Shown here in pieces: positions 1 to 13,508 of a stretch of 64,000 nucleotides of DNA. This DNA is from an uncultured delta proteobacterium (GTDB lineage Bacteria; Desulfobacterota; Syntrophobacteria; Syntrophobacterales; Syntrophobacteraceae), in contig CAWEHK010000022.1 in NCBI GenBank assembly GCA_963808625.1, positions 1 through 64,000 of the forward strand. The letters are read 5' to 3'. The notes beneath the pieces are model-generated. The model searched no databases. It was not told the DNA's origin and saw only the letters and a list, made by a program, of their open reading frames with translations. A program made the translations under genes and the position numbers. The number at the start of each line of letters is the position of its first letter. Position 1 is the first letter of the stretch.

Positions 1-2630
<2,630 letters not shown>

Positions 2631-2773
2631 TCTCAAAAAGGCAATTGATCGAAACCAGGACGAAACTTCGCGCTAAAAGATCCCTATTCGGTAACAGATC
2701 AGAAGTCGGAAGTCGGAGAAAATGGCCAGTCGACTAAAATCCGACATCCGAATCCGCATCCGAACCCCATTTT

Positions 2774-2894
2774 GGGGCGGTGACTTTAGCGAGGAGGCCA
2801 CACCCGTTCCCATCCCGAACACGGTCGTTAAGCTCCTCAGCGCCAATGGTACTGCGCGGGAGACTGCGTGGCAGAGTAGGTCGCCGCCGCCCCA
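2774..2894 (+). rRNA. rrf: 5S rRNA
   Basis: CACCCGTTCCCATCCCGAACACGG core, GAGTAGGTCGCCGCC; the ends GGGGCGG/CCGCCCC pair. Confidence 0.98.
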
Positions 2895-2904
2895 ATCCCC
2901 CATA

Positions 2905-2940
2905 GAGCCAGGAAGAGTTCACTTCTCCCGGCTCTTTTTG
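2905..2940 (+). terminator. rho-independent terminator of the rRNA operon
   Basis: GAGCCAGGAAG...CTCCCGGCTC hairpin followed by TTTTT. Confidence 0.8.
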
Positions 2941-3099
2941 CTTCGTCTCTGTGCAAGTTGATCTCATCAGGGTCGAGTGTCGCCAAAGCCCGGAACAAAA
3001 CTCCTGCCATTTCCGTCCACCACGGGGCAACCCCTTGTGGCTGTCCGTGGCAGCCGGCAGCTTGCGGAATATCTCGTGCGAGACGCTTTCTCAGCACAG

Positions 3100-3630
3100 A
3101 AGATTACCTAGCTGGAGGATACCGGCAAGGTCCTCAACCGCTCGGCCATGAGCCATGGGAGCAACAAGAGGAACTTCGAGATTTTCTCTGCGGAGGAATT
3201 CATCGCCGCCATCACTCAGCGTATTCCCGACAAACATCTTCAGATTCTCAGATACGTAGCCTACCATGGATTTGTCGAAGGAGCTATAATCAATCAGAAG
3301 CAGGGGAGAGAGAATCAAGCCTGTCCTGAGCTTGTCGAAGGGGCCGAGCTCTTGAGACCCGGTGATGAGCCGGCGACTTCTGAGGTCAATTCCGCGATGA
3401 CCCTGCTGGATGTGTCCGAGCACCCGGCACGACGGAAACCGTCCAAAACCCGGCGAGAATTCATGAATGAAGAAGATCTCGGAAGCGGCCATCCTTCTGT
3501 CGTCCCCGATGCGGCCAGGAGATGAAGATCAGCAGCCCCGTTCATGAACCCGGCGTTATAGAGCGCATCCTCCGCCATCTCGGGCTGTGGAAGCAGCACT
3601 CACACCCTCATCAGGGAGAAACCAAGGTGC
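3100..3630 (+). mobile_element. IS91-family (HUH/Y2) transposase C-terminal remnant, interrupted by a REP-like CCTGTCCTGAGCTTGTCGAAGGG insert
   Basis: FEIFSAEEFIAAITQRIPDKHLQILRY and, in another frame, MKI...EPGVIERILRHLGLW, typical of IS91-like transposase C-termini; no intact ORF. Confidence 0.7.
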
Positions 3631-3779
3631 CTGCAGATGGGCCGTTTCTCCTCCCAAGACGACTTGAACCTCCGCAAATTCAAAGATAGCCTGAGGCCCG
3701 GGCAAATTCCTCAGTTCGTTCGCCTGCCGCAGGCTACCCCCGCCCGAACGGCAGGGAAAGCTCGAACCTCGGAACGCAG

Positions 3780-6226
3780 CACCCCGCCAGCCTGGTGTTC
3801 GCGTATCGTCCCGGGATACCGGAGGGCGCGGGTGCGATCCTGATCGATCTGTCCGGTGCTCATAACCTCGTTCGCGAATTCAGCGTCGAGTCGGCTTATG
3901 GAGAATCGGATACGGCTCTCACCGGAGCGCTTGCGGACGCTGCCGCACTGACACCATTGGGTCTGAGGGAGCGCTCGGCACCTATGTGTCTTCCATGCCC
4001 GATGTTTGCGCGCTTGACGCGGCGACCACGGAACTCGGTCCCGCGAGCGTGCGGATGGTCGGGCATGCAGCGGTGATCCGCCCGGGAATAGGCTCCGTGT
4101 CGTTACCGCCGTCAGCACACGTTGTCGTCATCTACCTGCGTCACCTGCCTTGTGGCCGGCTTGCGCGAAGCTCTTGAGCGGGCCGTTGCGCCGGTGCTTT
4201 CCAAGCCGGTCGACAAGACCTGCCCACTGGGTGAGGTTTCATCGTGGTCCGATGGATGAGGTATACAGTCCTTTCAATGTCTATGGCGTCTCGATCTCAA
4301 CCCGGGATTATGAACCATTGCCGGCCAAAGGGAGGCGAGACATCCCTCTTATCCTGCTCACGGGACATGGGATGGCGCCCGAGGCCTCGCAATTCGCAGG
4401 GGCCTTGAGGATGGCACGCAGGGCTTTGATCATTGGGGAAGACGTGCTGTGTCGAGATCGCCGAGGCCGACTGGCAAGGAGCCGGAGCGTACGGTCTCGC
4501 GGTCCGCACCAAGGTTTTGGACCGTACGTTTTTGGTTCCTCATCCGCTGGTTCTCCACAACTTGTTCGTGGAACAGGACGCCATCTACACTCAGGACATC
4601 CAGGTGAAGGAGCCCTACCTCCATATGCTTGACATCGCAGTGAACGCCAGACCTGGCGCGGACATCGACCATCTATGTCATGTACGATGCCAAGGATGAC
4701 GGTGTCATTGATTTCCCGTCGGAGTTGATCGGCTATTCGGTAGGGTCCGCGGGAAAACGAGCGGGTGAAACTCGTGGCTCCGCCGACGCCGGGGCATTAC
4801 CAGGTATGGGTGTATGGGTACGATGTCGGCCCCGTGGGTAATACCAGATTCAATATGACCGTCCGCCAGTTTGCCGGCCAGAATCTGGCCGGACGTGATC
4901 AAGGCTGACGTACCATTTGCGGGAAGAACCCTTGGCGACATTGGGGCTGCGGCCTGGGCCCTGTGGAAAAGACCCATCCCACCCGTCGGGGGCCCTGTCA
5001 ACCGGGTGTTTATTGAGCCTGTCAATCTGTTCCGCAGCGTCCAGCCGCCCACGACCGCCAGGCCCGAGATGCGCGCCGCACTCCTCACGGCACACGGCAT
5101 GCTGCGCAGGTTTTTCCCCTGTTTTGACGTTGTCGGAGATGGAATCGACACACGCCCACAGGAGACTCTTGCGGTCGTCGAGACCTGGAATGGCTCGGAT
5201 TCGTCAAGTTGCCATAAACATCCTTCGACGCTTCGGAGAGGTTCTGAAGGACGGCCATCGATGGGTCTATGACTTAAGCCCGACGCCAGTCGTCGGGTAC
5301 TTGCCGGTATTACTCGAAGAGGTCAAAGGCTGGCCGGTCGTAAGGAGGTCGGCTGATCCTGCTGTCCCTCCCGGGGACGCAATCGTTTCAATCAATGGGT
5401 GATCGATCGAGGAGCTGTTCTCCGAAGCGTACGAGACGGTGTCGGCGGCGACTGATGGGTTCAAGTTTTACAGAGCCTGCGGCGTGGTGTCCGAGCTGAC
5501 CGGCAAAGCGGCGCTTGTCCTCGAGGATCCGAACGGCCTCCAAGGCTCGGTTAACGTGTCTCCGCTGCCTGGGGATGATTATTTCGCTTTGTTCGGCCCG
5601 GGCGAATCCGTCCGGTCAAACGGCCCACTCAACGACCTGGGATTCAACGACCTCTACTATATCAACATGGACGGTTTCGCCTCTCCGTCGAGCTCCGACG
5701 TGTCCGCGGCGATCGTGGACGCGGTTTCTCGCAACGCACGAGGGCTGGTGCTGGACATACACGGTTACCCAGGAGCGGATCAATTCGAAGTGGCTAGGCG
5801 CCTGATTCCATATCCGTTTTTTTCTCCTCAATTCCACATCCTGGAATTGGCAGGGCCGAACGACGCAGTGTTGACCATGGAGCAATACCAACTATATCCC
5901 CTGGACAGGCTCGTTGGTCCTGCTTATAGGGCCGTCCGCCGTGTCCGAGGCGGAGAACTTCATGAAGATGCTCGTCGGTGCAAACCGTCCGCTGGCCGTC
6001 GTCGGGCGCACCAGCGCCGGAACTGATGGTAACATCACGGGGGTTCAGCTTCCCGGGAGGTTTCGGATTTACCTACACGGGAATGAAGGTGTTGAATCCG
6101 AATGGTACCCAATTTCACGGTGTCGGCATCGTTCCTGATGTCAAGGTGCAGCTGACCGCATCGGCGTTGCGGGACGGCGTGGACGAGGTGCTGTGCGCAG
6201 CTATCGCAGTCTTGAAGGGCCAATAG
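3780..6226 (+). pseudogene. S41-family (tail-specific protease-like) peptidase, multiply disrupted
   Basis: PDZ-like PGDAIVSING, GLVLDIHGYPG, VLLIGPSAVSEAENF, VVGRTSAGTDGNI and FHGVGIVPDV motifs spread over several frames; in-frame TGA at 5400-5402; no clear start. Confidence 0.75.
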
Positions 6227-6249
6227 ATTTCATAGAGTGATAAAAGGGT

Positions 6250-6311
6250 AGATCTTCATTGTTGATAAACTACTTCATGATACTCCATTCAAATTTCAAC
6301 AATGAAGATCT
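6250..6311. repeat. Perfect 16-bp inverted repeat with a 30-nt spacer
   Basis: AGATCTTCATTGTTGA (6250-6265) / TCAACAATGAAGATCT (6296-6311). Confidence 0.9.
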
Positions 6312-6474
6312 TAGCGCCCGATGTATGTTTCTCTTTGTATCGTGGCGATATTGATGAGACTCGGATAGATGAAATCGGCCTCGCAGGTGTACTCGGCAAG
6401 ATCGTGCTCCTGAAGTCCTTTTGAAGGGATTCCGACTCCTTGGCGAGCTCCCGAACGATCTTCTATGTCTTGTT

Positions 6475-7017
6475 TTATCGAGGGGCGCTTGAGCGGACCG
6501 CCGACGACGCGATAAGGCAGATCATAGAGGGTGACCGTAGTCTCCGCGACGCGATACCGGGCCGCCGGCCGATTGGCTGTGGATCCTGTTGAGAGAGTTG
6601 GCCAAGCTCTTCCCACTGATCGCGGCGAATCGCTTCCGAGATGGCTGGTCCACACTCCGCATAGGTGGCCGGCAGTCGGGTGATGAAGGGTTGCCCTAAA
6701 TCGGTACCTGTAATGTATACATCACCATGGGCGGTTCCCTCACAGGGGCAGTAGAGACATTCTAAACAGTTCCAGGGGAAGGCATACTCGACATAAATCA
6801 TCGTCGTCCCTCGACACCCTGCGTCCGCGCCAGGACAAAATCCAGAGGCACCACTGTGGAGGGTTCCTGAGTAACATCGGCAACAAAATTCATCACTTAC
6901 TGAAAGAGTTATAGGGCTATTGTGATGGACACAATAGGCGTTTCCGGTTTCTGCAAAACCAAAAAACCAAAACATCATCAAGAAGACCAAGGGCAAAACT
7001 TTATATAATCTTTCCAT
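6475..7017 (-). CDS. Secreted cysteine-rich hypothetical protein; C-terminus possibly chimeric or frameshifted
   Basis: RBS GAGGGG before ATG at 7017, hydrophobic signal peptide, many Cys residues (FCCRC, CPG, CLECLYCPC). Confidence 0.6.
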   Translation of the reverse strand: MERLYKVLPLVFLMMFWFFGFAETGNAYCVHHNSPITLSVSDEFCCRCYSGTLHSGASGFCPGADAGCRGTTMIYVEYAFPWNCLECLYCPCEGTAHGDVYITGTDLGQPFITRLPATYAECGPAISEAIRRDQWEELGQLSQQDPQPIGRRPGIASRRLRSPSMICLIASSAVRSSAPR

Positions 7018-7773
7018 CGCTATTCCCCTCTCTTTCTTAAAGAATCTACGACTACTTAGGCTTAAAGTAGGGCGAGCTAAGGGGTGTGGGAGTAACAGGA
7101 CCACTTCCCACTGACTTCGCATCCGCAGCGTAAACCTCATACGTCATTGAACTCACTTTCTTCTGACCCTTGATGATCACAAATCCATTTGTCGGGACCT
7201 GATGTAAGACATCATAGAAGGGCTCCCCCAAGGAAGTATAAGTATACGCCTTGGTAAAGGTACCATTGGCCGGAACTGTGCATGGACCGATTAACTTTTT
7301 GGCGTGCTTTTTATCGTGCTATCTATAGCGCTTATTCTCAGTTTGGTACTTCTCGGTGCAACAATTAAATGGATTATTGTCAACGTAAAATTTAATGTTT
7401 CCCTGTCTTTAATCGCCCTTCAACAGGAAGGCTAAAGCGGCCTCTAACTATTGACCCCGGATAAGTGAGGCATTACCTGGAGTTTCCTGAGTTTTTCTAT
7501 CCGAAGTCAGAGCGTAGGTGAAGATCATCGAGACTGCTGGATTTGATTACGCGCAGCTTCTTCACCGTGGGTATCTCTCAGAACTTGATATTCCAAAATT
7601 CTTTCCTTTATCAGGGAGATGCGGGAGTCCTCTATCGAGACCTCGCTTTTTTGTCTGTCTCGTGCTTTGAAATGGGCTTAGAATGAGAACAAGCTCTTTT
7701 TCACTGGCTCTTTGAGGGAGGGGTACCAGCTGGCCCCAAAAAATTAACACATCGTTTGATGAGGAGTGGAGAG

Positions 7774-9405
7774 ATGAAGCACCTGATTGGATTCTTCCTT
7801 CTTTCAATCGTGATTTTGGTGACAGGAAACGGCTTTGGCGAAACCGTGCCCGGCAAGCTCGACTGCTATCGGTTGGGTCCTGAAGCGCAAGGCTGTGTCG
7901 AACTGGTGGATCATATCCGGAACCTCACAGTCGTGTCGAAGCACACTAATCCGCTCAAGGCCGAATATCGGGCAGGATTCATCCAGGGAAAGCTTCAGCG
8001 GGGGATGGTGACTGCCACTCGGGACAACCTGTGGGACTTGTCCTACCTTGTCGACCCGTCACACTCCTTCCCGAGGCAGATTCCTCCGTCCCGAAAGGAG
8101 CTGCTCAGGGCCAGACAACTGCTGATTGCGAATTACATCTATACCACGAACCGCATCAAAGGCATGACGGACCCGAAGTTTTCCGCCAGGTACAAACGCG
8201 TGCTCTTCAGGCTGCTGGGACTCTACCATGGAACCAGGTTCGATCATCCGCAGCACCTGGATTTCAGTGGGAAGTGGCTGCCCGATGTCTCCACTTTTCC
8301 CGCGTCAGAGCTTGAACTGGATTACGGCACACCCCGGGCGACTTTCCTCGACATCTACTACATCAACGCCTACAACGATCTTTCGGACATGATCACGTAC
8401 CAGCCCGGAAACCGGGTGGCGAATCACGTTTCCAAGTGTTCGGCCTTCGTGAAGAGAATCAGGGACAAGGACATCGTCATCGCCCACAATAGCTGGACGG
8501 GATATCTTGACATGTCGATGGTGATGAACATCTTCGTGAACGCGGATTTCTTCAGCGTGAATGCTCTGACCCCAGCCTTAATCACAAGCACCACCGACTT
8601 TGGGTTTACCAATAAGGGACTTCTCTTCAACGAAACGACCCACCACCAGACGTACACCAAGCCGAAAGTGAATGCCCTCTGGATGTTCTGGAGAGCGGCC
8701 GTCGCCGAAGAGTTCGCCTCATCCCTCAACGAGTTCTTCCGCTACGTGTCCATCGAACCTTCCGGGACGTACATGAACGGTTACATGGTAGTGGATTCCA
8801 AGACCGGTGAATTCGGCCTCGTGGAGATGTCTTACAAGAGCTTTGTTTTTTTCAGCCCTAAAGAAGGTGGAGGCTATACGGTCACCACGAAGCCTGACGG
8901 CCTTTCGACGGAATACGATGCCGAGCTCCTGACCACCGACTATATTCTGGGCATCAACTATCCGGTGTCCGGGCAAATCCGGGAGGACCTCCTCGCCCTG
9001 GACACGCGGCCCGCACGGAGAGTCCAATTCCTCGCTGGGATTGGAGGCGTAAACGGTCCCGATTCGGCCAAGGCCCTCATCACCTACACTGATCCCCAAA
9101 ACCCTCTGTCCATCTATGGTCGCTGGGATTTGGGATACGGCGAGACACCTACGCCCAAGACCGTCCCCGACGGATCCATCGATGCCAAGGTGGCAATGGC
9201 GTCCCTGGTAGCACCTGCCATGAAGCTCAAAGGGGAGCTGAACCTCAGCTCCCCTCTCAAAGGCTTCTGGATGAAGTTTGGAACTCCCTGCGTGAACGGT
9301 CTTCCCTTTATCTGGAGTCTGTCCCAATGGTCCGCCCAGAAGCTCAGGGGAGTACCCGATGTCGTGGACGGCCGGTTTCATTACCTGAATCTGTACCTGA
9401 AATAG
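7774..9405 (+). CDS. Secreted phospholipase B-like Ntn hydrolase
   Basis: Signal peptide; AGFIQG, SK|CSAFVK autoprocessing Cys motif, IAHNSW, STTDF, NETT, SGTYMNGYMVVD, GSIDAK, as in PLBD/Phospholip_B proteins. Confidence 0.8.
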   Translation: MKHLIGFFLLSIVILVTGNGFGETVPGKLDCYRLGPEAQGCVELVDHIRNLTVVSKHTNPLKAEYRAGFIQGKLQRGMVTATRDNLWDLSYLVDPSHSFPRQIPPSRKELLRARQLLIANYIYTTNRIKGMTDPKFSARYKRVLFRLLGLYHGTRFDHPQHLDFSGKWLPDVSTFPASELELDYGTPRATFLDIYYINAYNDLSDMITYQPGNRVANHVSKCSAFVKRIRDKDIVIAHNSWTGYLDMSMVMNIFVNADFFSVNALTPALITSTTDFGFTNKGLLFNETTHHQTYTKPKVNALWMFWRAAVAEEFASSLNEFFRYVSIEPSGTYMNGYMVVDSKTGEFGLVEMSYKSFVFFSPKEGGGYTVTTKPDGLSTEYDAELLTTDYILGINYPVSGQIREDLLALDTRPARRVQFLAGIGGVNGPDSAKALITYTDPQNPLSIYGRWDLGYGETPTPKTVPDGSIDAKVAMASLVAPAMKLKGELNLSSPLKGFWMKFGTPCVNGLPFIWSLSQWSAQKLRGVPDVVDGRFHYLNLYLK

Positions 9406-9546
9406 TCGCCCGGGCCTGGCGCGAGCTGCCTTTGAAAGACCCTCTTGAAGGCAGCAAAGCAGACATCCGGAATGCCAGGATCCTGAACCACGTCTGAAAA
9501 TGGAAATATCGTTTGCAGAACCGACGACACCCTGCTACCCTAAAAA

Positions 9547-9614
9547 CCTGAAAAAGCGTTTTCCTGCCACCTCACCTCAGCACTTATTACCTCTCCGAGA
9601 AAACGCTTGTCAGG
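9547..9614. repeat. Imperfect inverted repeat (possible MITE or IS scar)
   Basis: CCTGAAAAAGCGTTTTC / GAAAACGCTTGTCAGG. Confidence 0.6.
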
Positions 9615-9715
9615 GGTCTTTGCATAATCTATTGAAAATCCATGCGATGTTGGAGATCGGGACAAGCTATGATGTGGTGCGCGCTGAAACCGAGGAAACG
9701 AAGGGGAGGCGCTGT

Positions 9716-10993
9716 ATGCGAAAATCTGATGAGCAGGCGGAAAGCCGCCGTAGGTTCTTACGGTTTCTCACGGCCAGTCCTCTAATAGCTTTCTATGGCC
9801 TCGCGTTCACCTCCTTCGAGAGGCTGCTGCTATCCCGCAACGCGCATGCTGCCGACGTCGCCGCCGTGCTTGAGGGTGCCGCGCAAGCGGAATATCTGAT
9901 CACTTCTCCTGAACAAGCCGTCAACGTGATGGAGTTTGAGGCGGTCGCGCGCAGGAAACTGCCCCCCGCGCACTTCGGATATCTGGCAACCGGGGTGGAC
10001 GACGACGCTACGCTGCGCGCCAACCGCGAGGGCTTCGCACGCTTTCAAATCCGCGCCCGCCGCTTGGTTGATATACAGCATATTGACATGTCCATCCGCT
10101 TGTTCGGCGTCACCTGGGATAGCCCGATCGTGCTCGCCCCGGTGGCCAGCCAGAAGACCTTTCATCCCGACGGTGAGATCGCAGTGGCTAAAGCTGCCCG
10201 CGCGAAACGTCACCTCCAAATCCTCTCTACGGTAGCAAGCACACCGGTCGAGGCTGTCTGCGCTGCAGCGGGCGCTCCCGTCTGGTTCCAACTCTATGCG
10301 ACAAATGACTGGAACGTCACCCACGCTCTCGTCAAGCGCGCTGAGGCGGCCACCTGCCCGGTACTCGTGCTCACGGCGGGCCTGCAGGGGGGAAGCAATC
10401 GGGAGACTCTGTTGAAGTCCCGGCGAGGGGACACGCGGCAGTGCAGCGATTGCCATGCTGATGGGTTTGCTTTCAATGCCCTCGCCCGCAGTAGGCCGAT
10501 GTTCGAGGGGCTCGATGTATCCAGGGTCACCGCTAATACTCCACCGGACATGACCTGGGACATCGTCAAGCGCCTGCGCGACGTTACCATGATGAAGCTG
10601 CTCATCAAGGGCATCGTCACCCGCGAAGATGCTCTGCTCGCCGTCGAACATGGGGTTGACGGGATCATCGTCTCGAATCACGGCGGGCGTGCCGAGGAGA
10701 GCAACCGTTCGACCATCGAAAGCCTCCCCGAAGTCGTAGATGGCGCTGCCGGGAAGATTCCCGTGCTCGTTGACGGAGGAATTCGGCGGGGAACAGACAT
10801 CTTCAAGGCGCTCGCGTTGGGAGCGAATGCCGTTTGTATCGCTCGGCCTTACTTGTGGGGTTTGGCGGCGTTCGGGCAGCCAGGAGTCGAGACGGTACTG
10901 GAGATCCTGCGACGCGAGCTGCAAACGGTCATGCGGCAGGTCGGGACAACCTCGGTGGACAAGATCACGCCGGCATACTTGACCGTTCGGTGA
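9716..10993 (+). CDS. Tat-exported FMN-dependent alpha-hydroxy acid oxidase/dehydrogenase with a CxxCH motif
   Basis: SRRRFL twin-arginine leader; SNHGGR, VDGGIRRGTD, KALALGA, RPYLWGLA; CSDCH at 10442-10456. Confidence 0.92.
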   Translation: MRKSDEQAESRRRFLRFLTASPLIAFYGLAFTSFERLLLSRNAHAADVAAVLEGAAQAEYLITSPEQAVNVMEFEAVARRKLPPAHFGYLATGVDDDATLRANREGFARFQIRARRLVDIQHIDMSIRLFGVTWDSPIVLAPVASQKTFHPDGEIAVAKAARAKRHLQILSTVASTPVEAVCAAAGAPVWFQLYATNDWNVTHALVKRAEAATCPVLVLTAGLQGGSNRETLLKSRRGDTRQCSDCHADGFAFNALARSRPMFEGLDVSRVTANTPPDMTWDIVKRLRDVTMMKLLIKGIVTREDALLAVEHGVDGIIVSNHGGRAEESNRSTIESLPEVVDGAAGKIPVLVDGGIRRGTDIFKALALGANAVCIARPYLWGLAAFGQPGVETVLEILRRELQTVMRQVGTTSVDKITPAYLTVR

Positions 10994-11326
10994 CGCTGGA
11001 GCAAGAGGGGCGGGCAAAAGAGCTAGACTGTCGTGCCCATTGATGGACGTTCACCAGGTCGAGGCATCAGAAGACAACCTCATCCCGGTTGCCCAGATAA
11101 AGGTCGCTCCTGCTTCCGTGCCCGGCCGTTCCTCTCAGAACAGGAATGCCTGGTGCGATCATTTTCTCAAAGGCGATCACTCCCGTATAATGATTGGCCG
11201 CCACCACAACCTTGACATGAGCATCGCTCATGGCGATCAGGTGCAGCCCGTTGAGGTTGCGGAAAAGCAATAGCGTGATCGTGGGCAAGTGCTGAATGAA
11301 TTGAATGGTCAAGAAAGGAGGAAGAC

Positions 11327-12529
11327 ATGAAAACGCAAAGTTTTTCTTTTCTCAGACGGTCAGTCTTCGCATGTGCCCTGCTCTTTGGGCTTTTTGTGTG
11401 GGGTTGTGCTTTGGATGGATGGGCTGCTACCTATTCCGGCTGGGTGGTGGGGGATGCTTCCGATGGTTACGGAACTATTCTCTACACAACAAACGGAGGG
11501 GAGACCTGGACCCGGCAAGGAAAGGCGGGAGAGATTCCCGATGTGATCTTAGTCTCGGTTAGCGCCGTGAACGAGAACATTGCCTGGGCCGTCGGCTATC
11601 AAGACAGTGGTTATGGAACTATCCTGCACACGCACGACGGGGGCAAGACCTGGGAGAGGCAGGGGTCCCCGGCGGAGATACCCAATGCTCAGTTGCTGAA
11701 GGTAAGGGCGGTTGGCGCCAACACCGCCTGGGTTGTTGGTTACGGCGGCACGGTCTTGCGGACCCTGGACGGGGGCAGGACCTGGAAAAACGCAAACGGA
11801 AGCGTGATCCCGGATATTCAGCTTCAGGGGGTCGCGGCGCTCAACGCCGACACGGCATGGGTATCAGGAGTACCGGTTGGCCAGGAGGGCATTATTTTTC
11901 ACACCATAGACGGGGGGCAGAACTGGGAGAAGCAGGGCTCCGCAAACGGGGTGCCTGCTGACAGCCATTTCATCGGAATCAGTGCCGCTAGTCCGAGCGT
12001 GTTATGGGCTGTGGGTGGGCCTGGATTTCTCATCATTAACACCAGGGACGGGGGCGCCAACTGGAAGCTCCAGTTCCAAGACGGACAAATGTGGGATGCC
12101 AATGAGGTGGATGCGATTGACGAAAATACCGCCTGGGTTGCAGAAGACGTTGACCACATTCTTCTCACGCAGGACGGGGGCGACCACTGGACCAACCGGG
12201 GCCCGGATCCGGTCACTTACCGCTATATGATGGGAGTAAGTGCGGCTGACGCCAATACGGTATGGGTGGTAGGCATCGGGCTATATGGCGGTATTATCCT
12301 GCACAGCACCGACGGCGGACAAAACTGGGACCGAAAAACACCGCCGGCTCCTCCCGAAAAGAAGCCACCAGACCTCTATGAAGTGTCCATTGTGGCAGTC
12401 TCCTATCCCGTGCCCACTTTCTCCCCCGGGGGAATAGTTGTCTTCGTTTTGCTCCTGGCGGGTTTGGCCCTGTTCGTGGGGATACGCACAAAGACTTATT
12501 ACGAGGAAATGCGGTGCGGAAAGAAATAG
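11327..12529 (+). CDS. YCF48/BNR-repeat beta-propeller surface protein with an IPTL-CTERM-like sorting signal
   Basis: RBS AGGAGG; repeated TxDGGxTW Asp-boxes; C-terminal VPTFSPGG + TM helix + basic residues. Confidence 0.85.
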   Translation: MKTQSFSFLRRSVFACALLFGLFVWGCALDGWAATYSGWVVGDASDGYGTILYTTNGGETWTRQGKAGEIPDVILVSVSAVNENIAWAVGYQDSGYGTILHTHDGGKTWERQGSPAEIPNAQLLKVRAVGANTAWVVGYGGTVLRTLDGGRTWKNANGSVIPDIQLQGVAALNADTAWVSGVPVGQEGIIFHTIDGGQNWEKQGSANGVPADSHFIGISAASPSVLWAVGGPGFLIINTRDGGANWKLQFQDGQMWDANEVDAIDENTAWVAEDVDHILLTQDGGDHWTNRGPDPVTYRYMMGVSAADANTVWVVGIGLYGGIILHSTDGGQNWDRKTPPAPPEKKPPDLYEVSIVAVSYPVPTFSPGGIVVFVLLLAGLALFVGIRTKTYYEEMRCGKK

Positions 12530-12906
12530 TTTTTGCCTTGGTCACAGGTTTGCTGAGTATTTTCCTTTCTTCAGAGTCCTTTCGATTTGGGCCAATCAAA
12601 CCGTTGCGCCTGAAGATGCTCACGATCACCATGCTTGAGAAAGGAACGGTGCACGATGGCAATCCGGGAGAGGCGGAGCTCTGGGTGAGAAACGAAAAGA
12701 TGAAGTCCACGATGCGCGTGCCAGGTGGCGCCTCGTTACTTTACTATAATGCCAACGGCCACGGCCTCACTGTCACCGGCATGGGCGCCTCCAAGGCAAC
12801 CGCCTCGGCGAGGGCGCTGGGGCTCAATCCTCACCTGGATCTGAGAGAGACCTATGAAAGAAGACATGATAGCTCACTCGTCTACCTGGATTCCCACTCT
12901 GGGTGA
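12514..12906 (+). pseudogene. Purine nucleoside permease (NUP)-like protein, N-terminal fragment
   Basis: ITM..G...PGEAELW, TGMGASKATAS, LGLNPHLDLRETY; the recognisable part ends just before the rRNA repeat. Confidence 0.6.
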
Positions 12907-12915
12907 AAATCCAGG

Positions 12916-13169
<254 letters not shown>

Positions 13170-13338
13170 CTTTAAAAAGGCAATTGGTCGAGATCGGGAC
13201 AAAGACCACGCAAAGAGATCCCTATTCGGAAAACAGAAGTCAGAAATCAGGAGTCAGGAGTCAGAAGCCGGAATTCGAGGAGTGAGCACCGAGCCGGCTA
13301 ACATCCGACATCCGCGATCCGAAATCCGCAATCAGTTT

Positions 13339-13459
13339 GAGGCGGTGACTTTAGCGAGGAGGCCACACCCGTTCCCATCCCGAACACGGTCGTTAAGCTC
13401 CTCAGCGCCGATGGTACTGCGCGGGCAACTGCGTGGCAGAGTAGGTCGCCGCCGCCCCA
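13339..13459 (+). rRNA. rrf: 5S rRNA (second, orphan copy)
   Basis: Full length; 4 differences from 2774-2894. Confidence 0.95.
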
Positions 13460-13469
13460 ATCCTTCAAT

Positions 13470-13508
13470 GAGCCGGGAAGAAGCTCGCTTCTCCCGGCTT
13501 CTTTTTTT
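13470..13508 (+). terminator. rho-independent terminator after the second 5S
   Basis: GAGCCGGGAAG...CTCCCGGCTT + poly-T; homologous to 2905-2940. Confidence 0.8.

Noticed and set aside
5400..5402. In-frame TGA in the S41 peptidase as selenocysteine
   Set aside because: Not at a Cys position and no SECIS seen; the gene has many other lesions.
11033..11312. Minus-strand protein-like fragment
   Set aside because: No start, internal stop, and no family recognised.
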